Source of the DNA: a bacterium | GTDB taxonomy: Bacteria > UBA8248 | Length of the DNA stretch: 64,000 nucleotides | NCBI GenBank assembly: GCA_965202625.1 | Contig: CBDBBI010000010.1 | Span: 1,440,001-1,504,000 of the forward strand | Reading direction: 5' to 3' | Part shown: positions 9,727 to 19,368 of the stretch, piece after piece | Position numbering within the stretch: position 1 is the first letter of the stretch | How the letters are laid out: each line of letters opens with the position of its first letter | Notes under the pieces: model-generated | What the model saw: only the letters and a program-made list of their open reading frames with translations | Told to the model about the DNA's origin: nothing | Databases searched by the model: none | Made by a program: the position numbers and the translations under genes

Positions 9727-10626
9727 TTAAATACCCGCGAATCCCGTCCAGAAGATGAGATAGGCGGAGATGGCGTTGAGATAGTTGGAGATCAGCAGAA
9801 CGCCCACGAGCAGGAGCATGACGCTGCTCGCGATTTCCACTCCGTGGAAATATCGCCGAAACGCCTGATAGAAGCGGAAGAAATATCCCACGCCCAGACC
9901 GCTGAGGAGGAAGGGGACGCCCAGGCCCGCGGAGTAGCTCGCCAAGAGGACCACCCCCTGTCCCTCCGTATGCCGCGTCGCCGCGACCCCGAGGATGCTG
10001 CCCAGAATCGGGCCGACGCACGGCGTCCAGCCGGCGGCGAAGGTGACGCCGACCAACATGCTGCCGAACCAGCCTGCGGGCTTGCTCTTGAGCACGATCC
10101 GGTTCTCGGAGGAGAGGAGCACCGGACAGAAAACGGCCAGGAAGACATACAAGGAGAGCGCCGCGAGCACCCCGCCCAGCGTGGGATACCCCCCCCCCAT
10201 GCCCATCAGGCCCACGAGGAAGGCGAGAGCGGCGAAGGCGCCGCTCACTCCGGTCGGTTTCTCGGCGAAAAACTTTTGGGCTCTGAAGCCGAAGGCCCTG
10301 TCCCCGACGTAGAAGCCGAACATGGTGATCATGACGCCGCCCAGCAGCCTGACGCCATCCTGATATGCAAACAGCGCATTGCCGAGAAAAGAGGCGCTCG
10401 CCCCCAACAGGACGAAGACGAGAGAGAAGCCCGCCACGAAGAACAGGGAATTCGCCAGAATGACGCTCCGCACGCGGGCCGCCTTGCCGCTCTCCCTGAT
10501 CTCCTCATAGGACAAACCCGTCAGATAGGAGAGATAGCTCGGAACCAGCGGAAGAATACATGGGGAGGCGAAGCTGAGAACCCCCGCAGCGAAAGCCAGA
10601 CTTAAGGATACGTTTTCCGGGGCCAT
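9727..10626 (-). CDS. ccdA: Cytochrome c biogenesis / thiol-disulfide transporter CcdA
   Basis: AGVLSFASPCILPLVPSYL and GWTPCVGPILG catalytic Cys motifs; contains an extra hydrophobic insert. Confidence 0.9.
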   Translation of the reverse strand: MAPENVSLSLAFAAGVLSFASPCILPLVPSYLSYLTGLSYEEIRESGKAARVRSVILANSLFFVAGFSLVFVLLGASASFLGNALFAYQDGVRLLGGVMITMFGFYVGDRAFGFRAQKFFAEKPTGVSGAFAALAFLVGLMGMGGGYPTLGGVLAALSLYVFLAVFCPVLLSSENRIVLKSKPAGWFGSMLVGVTFAAGWTPCVGPILGSILGVAATRHTEGQGVVLLASYSAGLGVPFLLSGLGVGYFFRFYQAFRRYFHGVEIASSVMLLLVGVLLISNYLNAISAYLIFWTGFAGI

Positions 10627-10668
10627 GAATTTCCCCTTAAAATCGGCGGCGGCCAGAAGGCGCTAAAA

Positions 10669-11136
10669 TTACCTCACCGTAACTTCGGCGAAGGCCGCTT
10701 CTTCCTCTGTGGGCAGCCCCGTCACGAAATAGCGATAGACGCCCGTCTTCAGAAACGCGGTGCTCGCCGTGGCGCCTGAATCGAAAGCGGCGCTGACGTA
10801 GGCGCCGTCGGGAGCGAGGAAAAAAAGGGTCGGCGACCTCGTCGCCCGAACCAACTCCTCGCCCTCGTTGAACACTACCGAGGAGTAGCCGGCCGTGGCG
10901 TTATACCAGATCACCGTGGCGCCCCTCTCTATGCGAAGATTTCTGGGAAACACGCCGTCGGAATCAATGCGAACGACGTGGAACTTCCCGAAGCCGGGGA
11001 AAAGCGAATCCTCGGCCTTCTGCGCCTGGGTGAGCGAGGCGGCGAAGAGCGCCAGGGTCCCGACCAAAACCCCCGCCATGACGGAAAACAAGGGGGGGCG
11101 CGAAAAATTCCCAAAGCGCACGAAAACGCGCGTCAA
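10669..11136 (-). CDS. Exported cupredoxin-fold-like protein without evident Cu ligands
   Basis: Signal/TM segment, then P.NLRIERGATVIWYN and F.KTGVYRYF cupredoxin-like strands; no Cys. TTG start overlaps the purA stop. Confidence 0.55.
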   Translation of the reverse strand: MTRVFVRFGNFSRPPLFSVMAGVLVGTLALFAASLTQAQKAEDSLFPGFGKFHVVRIDSDGVFPRNLRIERGATVIWYNATAGYSSVVFNEGEELVRATRSPTLFFLAPDGAYVSAAFDSGATASTAFLKTGVYRYFVTGLPTEEEAAFAEVTVR

Positions 11137-12455
11137 TTTTCCATCTCCCCGTTTGGTGGAAGCGGATTCTGAATACATATTGTGTCGTCCCGGTTGGGAC
11201 CCGTGGAAATCAGCCACACCGGCCTGTCGATCAGCTCCTCAATCCGCTTGATGTAATTCTTCGCTCGAGGCGGAAGCGCGTCATAATCCCTCAAACCCTC
11301 GGTGGAGGACATCCAGCCGGGAAATTCCGCGTATACGGGTTCGCACCGCTCCAGAATAGAGGTTTCCGCCGGAAACACGGTGACGCGCTCCCCCTTGTAT
11401 TCATAGCCCACGCAAACGCGAATCCTCTCCTGGTTGTCGAGCACGTCGAGCTTCGTCACCGCTATCGCGTCCATGCCGGCCACCTGCACGCAGTGGCGCG
11501 CCGCCACCGCGTCAAACCACCCGCATCGTCTCGGCCTGCCGGTCGTGGCGCCGAACTCTCCGCCCTCCTCCCGCAGGCGTCCGGCGGCCGCATCCTCCAT
11601 CTCGGTGGGAAACGGGCCCTGGCCCACCCGGGTGCAATACGCCTTCATGATGCCGAACACGACGCTCAACCGGCTATAGGGCAGTCCGAGACCGCTCATC
11701 GCCCCGCCCACGCCGGTGTTGCTCGAGGTTACGTAGGGATACGTGCCCATGTCCAGATCGAGCAGGATGCCCTGCGCGCCCTCAAGCAGAATTTTCTTGT
11801 TTCCCCGCAGCGCGTCGTGTATCTCCGCGTCCGTGTTGCGCACGTGCGCGCCCAACTCTTCGCGCACCCGGGCGCACACGCCCAGAACGTGCGCCTCATC
11901 CAGTGCGCGCGCCTCATCCGCACTCAACGCGATGTCGCCCAGCAGCCTTCTCTTGACCGCCAGACTGACGCGAATGCGATCCGTCAACGTCTTCTCATCG
12001 AAGAGGTCCGAAATCCGCACGCCCAATCGCGCCGCCTTGTCGGCGTAGGCCGGGCCGATGCCCCGGCCCGTCGTTCCGATGCGATTGACGCCCAGAAGCT
12101 CCTCCATGTGGGAATCCAGCACCTTGTGGTAGGGCATGATGAGGTGCGCCCGTTTGCCGAGGACGAGGTTCTCCCCGATCTCCACTCCCGCCGCGCGGAG
12201 ATATTTGATCTCCTCCACCAGCCCCAGCGGGTCCACGACGACGCCCGAGCCGATGATGCACTTGACGCCCGCGCGCAATATCCCCGTCGGCATCAGGTGG
12301 AGAATATACTGCTTCCCATCGGCAACCACCGTATGTCCCGCGTTGGCCCCCCCCTGATAGCGGGCCACCACGTCCGCCTGACCCGCCAGCCAGTCGATGA
12401 CCTTCCCCTTTCCCTCATCGCCCCACTGGCCGCCGAGAATCGCTAAAACGCTCAT
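11133..12455 (-). CDS. purA: Adenylosuccinate synthetase
   Basis: GGQWGDEGKGK, GGANAGHT, IGTTGRGIGPAY, EGAQG, GTYPYVTSS, EFGATTGRPRRCGW, TKLDVL. Confidence 0.97.
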   Translation of the reverse strand: MSVLAILGGQWGDEGKGKVIDWLAGQADVVARYQGGANAGHTVVADGKQYILHLMPTGILRAGVKCIIGSGVVVDPLGLVEEIKYLRAAGVEIGENLVLGKRAHLIMPYHKVLDSHMEELLGVNRIGTTGRGIGPAYADKAARLGVRISDLFDEKTLTDRIRVSLAVKRRLLGDIALSADEARALDEAHVLGVCARVREELGAHVRNTDAEIHDALRGNKKILLEGAQGILLDLDMGTYPYVTSSNTGVGGAMSGLGLPYSRLSVVFGIMKAYCTRVGQGPFPTEMEDAAAGRLREEGGEFGATTGRPRRCGWFDAVAARHCVQVAGMDAIAVTKLDVLDNQERIRVCVGYEYKGERVTVFPAETSILERCEPVYAEFPGWMSSTEGLRDYDALPPRAKNYIKRIEELIDRPVWLISTGPNRDDTICIQNPLPPNGEMEN

Positions 12456-13741
12456 CGTCTCCCGTTCCTTTCCCCCACCTGATGGAGGATTTCCGCTATC
12501 GGATGCGCTCCCAGGTCTTCCCCGTCTGGCTCCAGAAGACGAACCTCCCCGCCCTTCCGCCCTCCGCGCTCGATGACGAGGCATTTCGACACGCCCGTCG
12601 CCCGCGCGTATTCCAGCGAGCCCTCAAGATCGCGGCGAATGATGTCGCGCGCCACCTGCCAGCCCCGCGCCCTCAGGTTGCGGGAGAGGAGGATGCCCGC
12701 GCGCTTCTCGCGCGTGAGGTCGATGACGAGAAAATCCGTGCCGCTCCCGCCCTCCGTCTCTCGCGCGACGAGAGGAAGCAGCTGGTTCAAATCGACGGCG
12801 AACCCCGTGCCGAGCGCGTCATCGCCATACAGCCCCAGAAGCTTGTCATAGCGACCGCCCCCGCATACGGAATACCCTGAGCCTTCCACGAACCCTTCGA
12901 ATATCACGCCCGTGTAATAATCAAAATCCCTGAAATCGCACAGGTCGAATATGACGCGCTCCGAGAGGCCGTAAAGCTCCAGTATCCGGAACACCTTCAG
13001 AAGCTCCCGCACCGCGCCTTTGGCCGCCGGCGTCCTTATTTTTTTCTCCAACCCCCGGAGCGCCTCGACTCCGCCAAACCACTCCGGAACGCGCTCGAGA
13101 AGTCCGACGTCGGTTTTCGCTCTCGGAAACCCCCTGAGAAGGCGCGCCACTTCCGTGGAATCGCGGCGTCCTATCGCCTCCAGGACTTCAGTCCTCCGGC
13201 CGCCCTCCAGGCCCAAGGCGTTCAGAACCCCGCGCAAAAACGCGCCGTGGCTCAGGGACATGCGGAAATTCTCCACCCCGTTCGCCCGCAGACACTCCAC
13301 GGCGACGGCGATCATCTCCGCGTCGGCTTCCAGGGAAACCAGGCCGATCAGCTCCACGCCCGCCTGCCAGAACTCCCTTTGCAACTCGCCCGCCACGTGG
13401 GCGTGGCGAAAGACGTTCGTCGCGTAGGAGAGTCTCAAGGGGCGGGGATGGGCGGCGAGAACCGTTCCCGCCGTCCGGGCGATTTGGGGCGTCATGTCCG
13501 CCCGAAGCGCCAGCAGACCGCCGCTTTCCAGATCGACCATCCGGTAGGTCTGCGCGTCCAGAACTTCCGAACCCGATCTGGGCGCGTAAAACTCAAACGC
13601 GGGCGTGAGAACCTCTCGAAATCCCCACTGCTCGAACACGCCGAGGAGGCGCTCTTCCACCTCTCTCTTGCGCCGCGCCTCACCGGGCAGGAACACCCGA
13701 GAACCGCCCGGAACGGCGCGCAGAGAGGCTGTTCGCCTCAT
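12452..13741 (-). CDS. hisZ: ATP phosphoribosyltransferase regulatory subunit
   Basis: HisRS-like LRADMTPQIAR, REFWQAGVELIG, YYTG.IFEG, GGGRYD; hisZ-purA linkage. Confidence 0.9.
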   Translation of the reverse strand: MRRTASLRAVPGGSRVFLPGEARRKREVEERLLGVFEQWGFREVLTPAFEFYAPRSGSEVLDAQTYRMVDLESGGLLALRADMTPQIARTAGTVLAAHPRPLRLSYATNVFRHAHVAGELQREFWQAGVELIGLVSLEADAEMIAVAVECLRANGVENFRMSLSHGAFLRGVLNALGLEGGRRTEVLEAIGRRDSTEVARLLRGFPRAKTDVGLLERVPEWFGGVEALRGLEKKIRTPAAKGAVRELLKVFRILELYGLSERVIFDLCDFRDFDYYTGVIFEGFVEGSGYSVCGGGRYDKLLGLYGDDALGTGFAVDLNQLLPLVARETEGGSGTDFLVIDLTREKRAGILLSRNLRARGWQVARDIIRRDLEGSLEYARATGVSKCLVIERGGRKGGEVRLLEPDGEDLGAHPIAEILHQVGERNGRR

Positions 13742-15342
13742 GGGGACACGAGTCCCACGAGGCAGGCGTCATAGATGTGGGGAATGGCGCGCACCTCCTC
13801 CATAGCGGATTCCGGCACAGGATCGTCCAGCGTCAAGACGGCTACGGCCACGTCATGCTTGCGCATCCTTCCCAGCTGCATACCGGCGATGTTGATGTCG
13901 TGGCTCCCCAACAGGGCGCCGATCCTGCCGATCATTCCGGGCCGGTCGTCGTTGCGGAACACGAGGAGGTAGCCCTCCAGCGCCACGTCGACCGGAAAAT
14001 CGTCGATCCGCACGATTCTGGGTTCATTTTTCCGGAGGAAAGTTCCCGCCGCGGAACGCTCGCCCGCATCGGTGCGCACGCGAAGCTCGACCAGGTCCAT
14101 ATAGAGGAGATTCTCCGAGCGGCTCGTCGTCCGCACCTCAATGCCGCGCTCTTTCGCCAACAGGAGGCCGTTCACCATGTTCACCCGGGCGCCCGCCAAG
14201 AACTGTCCCAGCAGCCCCTTGAGCGCTGCGGCGGCCAGCGCCTTCATCGGCACGTCGAGAACGCCCCCATAGACCACTTCGAGGGACTGCAATCCCCCGC
14301 CGGCGAGTTGCCCCAGAAAATCGCCGAGGCGCTCAGCGAGATTCAGGTGCGGGCCAATGCGCTCCATCGCCTCGGCGCCCAGGGCGGGCAGGTTCACGGC
14401 GTGCTTCACGCTTCCCTTGGTCAGATACTCGGCGACCTGCTCGGCCACGCTGATAGCCACGTTCTCCTGCGCCTCGGCGGTCGAGGCGCCCAGGTGGGGC
14501 GTGCAGACGACGTCCTCGCGTCCGAGGAGCGGACCGTCCTGTGCCGGCGGCTCCTGCTCGTATACGTCCACCGCGGCGCCGGCGACCTTTCCGCTGTCGA
14601 GGGCCTCGGCCAGTGCCTCCTCGTCTATCAGCCCGCCGCGCGCGCAGTTGATGATGCGAACGCCGTCGCGCATTCGGGCGATTTCCGCCGCGCCGATGAG
14701 GTTTCCCGTCTCGGCCGTCTTCGGCACGTGCAGGGTGACGTAGTCGGAGCGGCGCAAAAGCGCATCGAAGTCCACGGGACGCACTCCGCGCTTGGCGAGC
14801 GCCTCCTCGGAAATATAGGGATCGTAGGCGACGACGTTCATTCCCAGGCTGCGGGCGAAAGCCGCCGTCTGCGAACCCACGCGCCCCATGCCCACGACGC
14901 CCAGGGTTTTGGAGGAAATCTCACTGCCCACGAAGCGGTTCCGCTCCCATTTGCCCTGCTTCAGAGAGGAGACCGCGGAGGGTATCTTCCGCGCCAGGGC
15001 GAACATCATGGCGATGGTGTGCTCCGCCGTGGTGATGACGTTGCCGTCGGGGGCGTTCACCACGAGAACCCCCCGCATAGAGGCGGCTTCGAGGTCCACG
15101 TTGTCCACCCCGATGCCCGCGCGCGCGACAATCTTGAGCCCGTCTCCGGCCTCCAGCAGTTCCTCGTCCACCCGCGTGCCGCTTCGAACGATGAGCGCGT
15201 CCGCGGCTGCAGCGGCGTCGAGCAGTTCGCCGCGCGTGGAGGAGGAGAAGTCCAGGACCTCAAAACCCTCCCGCGTTTTCAGCATCTCCTCCGCCCTCGG
15301 CGAGACGGGATCGCAAATCAGGACGCGAAACTTCTGGCTCAC
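13738..15342 (-). CDS. serA: D-3-phosphoglycerate dehydrogenase with ACT domain
   Basis: RAGIGVDNVD, GMGRVG, NCARGG, TPHLGAST, DRPGMIG. Confidence 0.95.
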   Translation of the reverse strand: MSQKFRVLICDPVSPRAEEMLKTREGFEVLDFSSSTRGELLDAAAAADALIVRSGTRVDEELLEAGDGLKIVARAGIGVDNVDLEAASMRGVLVVNAPDGNVITTAEHTIAMMFALARKIPSAVSSLKQGKWERNRFVGSEISSKTLGVVGMGRVGSQTAAFARSLGMNVVAYDPYISEEALAKRGVRPVDFDALLRRSDYVTLHVPKTAETGNLIGAAEIARMRDGVRIINCARGGLIDEEALAEALDSGKVAGAAVDVYEQEPPAQDGPLLGREDVVCTPHLGASTAEAQENVAISVAEQVAEYLTKGSVKHAVNLPALGAEAMERIGPHLNLAERLGDFLGQLAGGGLQSLEVVYGGVLDVPMKALAAAALKGLLGQFLAGARVNMVNGLLLAKERGIEVRTTSRSENLLYMDLVELRVRTDAGERSAAGTFLRKNEPRIVRIDDFPVDVALEGYLLVFRNDDRPGMIGRIGALLGSHDINIAGMQLGRMRKHDVAVAVLTLDDPVPESAMEEVRAIPHIYDACLVGLVSP

Positions 15343-15426
15343 TTCTCAAACACCTCTCGCCCCGTGCGAGGGCTCCGCAAGGTCAGGTCCGCAAGATCAA
15401 AAAGGGTATCTGAACGCAAAAACGTT

Positions 15427-16569
15427 TCATGCACTTTCCAACGCCTCCTGTGCCGCCGCGAGACCGCACCCTTTCTCCAGCGGGAAGCCCAAGGAGGACA
15501 AGGTCGATTCCAGCGCGCCGACCGTCGCCAGCACGTCGGAGGCGTCCACGTATCCCAGGTGGCCGATTCTGAAAATCCGCCCGCTCAGGTCGCCTTGCCC
15601 TCCGGCGATGGTCACCCCGCGCGTATTCTGCATATGCACGGGAATCGCCGCTCCATCGACTCCATCAGGCGCGCGAACGGCGGTGAGCGCCTCGCTTCTT
15701 TCATTCCGGGGGAATATCTCCAGCCCCAGGGCCTCCACGGCCGCTCCCGTCGCCCGCGCCAAAAGCGCGTGGCGCGCGAAGATGCTCTCCAGACCCTCCT
15801 CGCGCATCATGTCAAGCGCGACGCCCAGGCCCGCCACCAGAGAGATCGCCGGCGTCCAGGCGGTGGTGTTATTCCGCTGGCTCTTTCGCTCGATATGCAG
15901 ATCAAAATAATATCTCGGCGAACGGGCTTGCGCCGCGGCGCGCCAGGCGCGCGCGCTCAGCCAGAGAAAAGCCAGCCCCGGCGGAAGCATCAGCGCCTTC
16001 TGGCTTCCCGTGATCACGACGTCCAGCCCCCATTCCTCGGCGCGCAGATCATACACGCCCAGCGCAGTGATGGCGTCCACCGCCACGAGGGTCTCCGGCG
16101 ATCTCTCGCGGACGACCCGCGCGATCGTCCGCGCGTCATGCTTCGCGCCGGTGGAAGTCTCGCTCGCCTGCATCAGGAGCGCCTTGTGGCGCCCGCCCTC
16201 CAGGCGCGCCTCGACCGCGGCGGGATCGACCGAGCGGCCCCACTCGACTTTCAGAACGTCCGCCTCGACGCCGTAGGCCCGGCAAATCTCCGACCAGCGT
16301 TCTCCGAATTTGCCGCCCTCAACGATGAGCGCGCGATCCCCCGCAGAGAGCAGGTTCGCAACCGTCGCCTCCATGCCGCCAGAGCCGGAAGCGGCAAGCG
16401 TGATGACCTCGCCGCTGGTCTGGAAAAGCCACGCAAGCCCCCGGCGCGCCTCCTCGAAAAGCGCCTCGAACTCTCGCGTGCGATGGTGCATCAGAGGGCG
16501 CGCCATGGCCTCAAGCACGCGGTGGGGAACCGGCGTGGGGCCGGGAGCCATAAGGTACCGCTTGCGCAT
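15427..16569 (-). CDS. Class V PLP aminotransferase (serine-pyruvate/alanine-glyoxylate type; may serve as SerC)
   Basis: PGPTP, HHRT, ETSTG, VDAI, GSQKALMLPPGL, FRIGHLG; upstream of serA. Confidence 0.9.
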   Translation of the reverse strand: MRKRYLMAPGPTPVPHRVLEAMARPLMHHRTREFEALFEEARRGLAWLFQTSGEVITLAASGSGGMEATVANLLSAGDRALIVEGGKFGERWSEICRAYGVEADVLKVEWGRSVDPAAVEARLEGGRHKALLMQASETSTGAKHDARTIARVVRERSPETLVAVDAITALGVYDLRAEEWGLDVVITGSQKALMLPPGLAFLWLSARAWRAAAQARSPRYYFDLHIERKSQRNNTTAWTPAISLVAGLGVALDMMREEGLESIFARHALLARATGAAVEALGLEIFPRNERSEALTAVRAPDGVDGAAIPVHMQNTRGVTIAGGQGDLSGRIFRIGHLGYVDASDVLATVGALESTLSSLGFPLEKGCGLAAAQEALESA

Positions 16570-16855
16570 CTCTCAATCTTTCCTTTCAGGGAAGAGAAGC
16601 GGGTCAAATGGACAAACGGGGCGAGGATGCCCGCCGCCGCCATCGCGCGTCGATTACCTCAACCACGAAAATATCGCGTCCACCCACCGCCAAAGGATAC
16701 CCCACGATGCGGCAAACCTGTCAACCGGAAGCGAAAAACGAACGCGGCACAAGGGGCGCAGAGACCGAAAGCGCGCAGACGCCCGGCGGATTTCGCCTGC
16801 AGACAACCGCTTGTGCGGAGGAGGCGGACACCCGCGTCGCCATCACGCTCGGCGA

Positions 16856-17059
16856 TCAGCTTTGAAGCGACTTTTCAACGCCCCTGCACGGCCGTTTTGC
16901 GAGGTGTTTTTCCATGCCGTTCGCAATGATTTTTGTCCGGCTACAAACGCTCTCCACGAGGACGCCGCGCGTCGTGGCGACGAAGGCGCGCGCCTGGGCT
17001 TCCTCAAAGCCTGGGCCTTGAGGAGGTTCCATCGCCTCAAGCGCGTCGAACGCGGCCAT
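16856..17059 (-). pseudogene. Possible remnant of a DUF1640/CCDC90-like small protein, truncated by the repeat
   Basis: MAAFDALEAM...GFEEAQARAFV resembles the FDT...GF.E.QAEA N-terminus; the 3' half runs into repeat copy A. Confidence 0.3.
16859..16943. repeat. Dispersed repeat, copy A (partial)
   Basis: GCTTTGAAGCGACTTTTCAACGCCCCTGCACGGCCGTTT...TTCGCAATGATTTTTGTCCGGCTAC matches copies at about 36155 and 38000. Confidence 0.85.
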
Positions 17060-17276
17060 TCTGGCGGGGGGGGCTTACTTTGCATCCGTTCGTTCGGCCC
17101 CCGCCTCTCGTTCATTGAATCCGAATCGTCTTTTCCGCACGACGGGAGATTACGACCCTGATGAGCGTCCGCAAGGCGGGAGAGAGGCCCCTGAACGCGG
17201 GCGGACTGGAGGGAAAGTCTCTATTCGCCGGAAGGTGCGGCTCCGCCAGAAATCGGCGAATCGCGCGCGGAGACGC

Positions 17277-17309
17277 AAAAAACCGGGGGGCTTAAAAAAG
17301 CCCCCCGGT
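17277..17309 (-). terminator. Rho-independent terminator of the porin gene
   Basis: ACCGGGGGGCT/AGCCCCCCGGT stem followed by a T-run on the minus strand. Confidence 0.85.
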
Positions 17310-17352
17310 CATTCCGCCTCATACAAAAAACGGGATGCGCACCTCGATCATC

Positions 17353-18852
17353 CTAGAAGGTGTGGCGCAGAGAGTATGCGAGCACCCAGGGATCGTCGAA
17401 GTCATTGTCGCCTGCCACCTTGCCATAGTCGCCAGCGACCATGTATGCGCCCACGGCGCGCAGTTCGAGCTTCGGATAAATCTTCCACCTGAATCCGAGG
17501 TTGAACTCCGTGCCGAAGTAGGTGTCGCTATCGTGCCGGATACGCTTTTCTGTATCGCCATCAGTGTTATCAACGCACCTACCATCTATGCCGATCTGCG
17601 AACACTCTGTATAAATGATATCCGGTGCCGACTCCGCCGAATCGTAGAAGGAAACGCCGCCGCCAATCTTGAAGGTCTTGCTGACCTGGTATTCAAACAG
17701 TCCCTCAAACACGGTGGCGCCGTTCAACTGCGTGTTGCTGCCATTGCCCGTCAGGGTCTGGTTCCTAAGGCTGTTGCCCAGGGTCGTCCACCGGCGGGAA
17801 GTCATGAGATGACCGCCAGTCACCCAGCCCACGCCGCCGAGACTCGGAAACGTGAAGCGCTCCAGATCTCCATCGGGCTGGAGCGACCTGTGGCTAGCTG
17901 ACGGCTCTCCCTGTTCAGAAGTGCGTCTGCCGAAGGACAAGTCGTCCTCATCGCCCGAGAACAGGGTGACGTTGCCCATGAGCTTCAGCTTTCCGAAGGT
18001 GGCCGATGTTCTCAGCAAAAATCCCCAGGCCGAGAGATCGACGTTGTTGCTGACCTCGCCGGACTGGAAGATGCCCGAGGCGTTGATGTTTACGATGCCC
18101 ATCTTCGCCTTGGCGTGCAGACCATAGAACCAGTAGTCATAGCCGTCAGAGCTGCTGTCGCGGGAATTGGCCACCCAGGGCGTCAGCGTCATGTTGGGAG
18201 ACACCTTGAAGGCGAGAGCGCCCAGGTAGTTGTCCACGTCATCATTTTCGTCGGTGACCGTTCGTTCCACAACACCACCCCTCACATTGGGGGTGGTGGG
18301 GTCATCGCGCTCAGGAAGCAAAGAAAAAGTCGCCGCCTCCTGCGTGGTCGTGATCCCCACTCCTGTGCCGTTGGCGCGAACGGTGTTGAAAAGGCTCAAG
18401 GAAACGTTGGGCGTGATCTTTCCGTAGATCGCGAAGCCCGGATTACGGCTGCGGCCGAAGGAGTCAAAAATCTCCTTGTCCGGAGAAACGTAATCCGTCC
18501 GGCCCCATCGTATGCGCAGTGCGCTTCCGGGAACGGCGAAATCGACCACCCATCGGTTCGTGCCCACGTCTTGCCTGCCTGCAGTATCAAAGCCGCTGTT
18601 CGGGCTGTTCCACTCAGGCTCCCACAACACGACGATCTTTCCGCCGTCGGTCGTGGCGGTGAAGCGGGGACGGGACAGTGCGTCTACAGCCTGCGCGCCG
18701 TCGTGTCTGTCGTCATTCCGGTCCGTGTTGTCCGAAGTGTAGCCGCGAACACGGAAGATGCCGCTGAAGCGAAAATCGGCCGCCGCATACGCCGGGGCGG
18801 TGAACGCCGCGACGAGTGCCAGCGCGAACAAACCTAACAAAAATTTCCGCAT
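17353..18852 (-). CDS. Outer-membrane beta-barrel (porin-like) protein
   Basis: Signal peptide MRKFLLGLFALALVAAFTAPAYA, alternating beta-strands, C-terminal YSLRHTF. Confidence 0.8.
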   Translation of the reverse strand: MRKFLLGLFALALVAAFTAPAYAAADFRFSGIFRVRGYTSDNTDRNDDRHDGAQAVDALSRPRFTATTDGGKIVVLWEPEWNSPNSGFDTAGRQDVGTNRWVVDFAVPGSALRIRWGRTDYVSPDKEIFDSFGRSRNPGFAIYGKITPNVSLSLFNTVRANGTGVGITTTQEAATFSLLPERDDPTTPNVRGGVVERTVTDENDDVDNYLGALAFKVSPNMTLTPWVANSRDSSSDGYDYWFYGLHAKAKMGIVNINASGIFQSGEVSNNVDLSAWGFLLRTSATFGKLKLMGNVTLFSGDEDDLSFGRRTSEQGEPSASHRSLQPDGDLERFTFPSLGGVGWVTGGHLMTSRRWTTLGNSLRNQTLTGNGSNTQLNGATVFEGLFEYQVSKTFKIGGGVSFYDSAESAPDIIYTECSQIGIDGRCVDNTDGDTEKRIRHDSDTYFGTEFNLGFRWKIYPKLELRAVGAYMVAGDYGKVAGDNDFDDPWVLAYSLRHTF

Positions 18853-19368
18853 TTCCTGTTTCTCCTCAAAAGTCAGAAAAGTGTTTCCGCATTTCTCCGT
18901 AATCACTTCCACGTCGTTTCCACTTCGTCGTTTCCACTTCACTTCCATTACTATGCGTTGCTCTATCCTGCAGGCGCGATGCTTTCTCGCCTGCGGCAGG
19001 GTTCATCTCCGTATTCCCGCATCACCTCCTCTCGCCGGGCAACCCCGCATGGGGAAGGCGTCTTGAACGAACTACAGGCAGACGCCACACGTCCTCTATC
19101 TACTCAACTGTTAAACGTCAAACAACGCAACCGGACGCGAATGCCGCACCTGGTCAAAAACCTCGCCCGTCCTTCACGTTGGCGCGCCGCCTGCCGCCGA
19201 ACTGCGTCGCAAAAATACGTATAGGGAGAAGCTAGAGCAAACGTCGCTCTTTGTCAACCCCAAAAATAACACCTTGCGGCGGTGCGTTTCCTGGACTTGT
19301 ATTCGGGCATACGGACAGGAAGTCGCCGTGAAGCCGCGCGGGCAAGGCATCCTACGAAAGGCAAAAAT

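Noticed and set aside
13777-16929. 1050-aa plus-strand ORF, and similar long ORFs at 6340-8247, 19606-21474, 24055-26019 and 53795-55351
   Set aside because: Antisense shadows of clear genes in GC-rich DNA; no recognisable motifs.
18905-18948. Short repeats as a CRISPR array
   Set aside because: 14-nt adjacent tandem units with no spacers and no cas genes.
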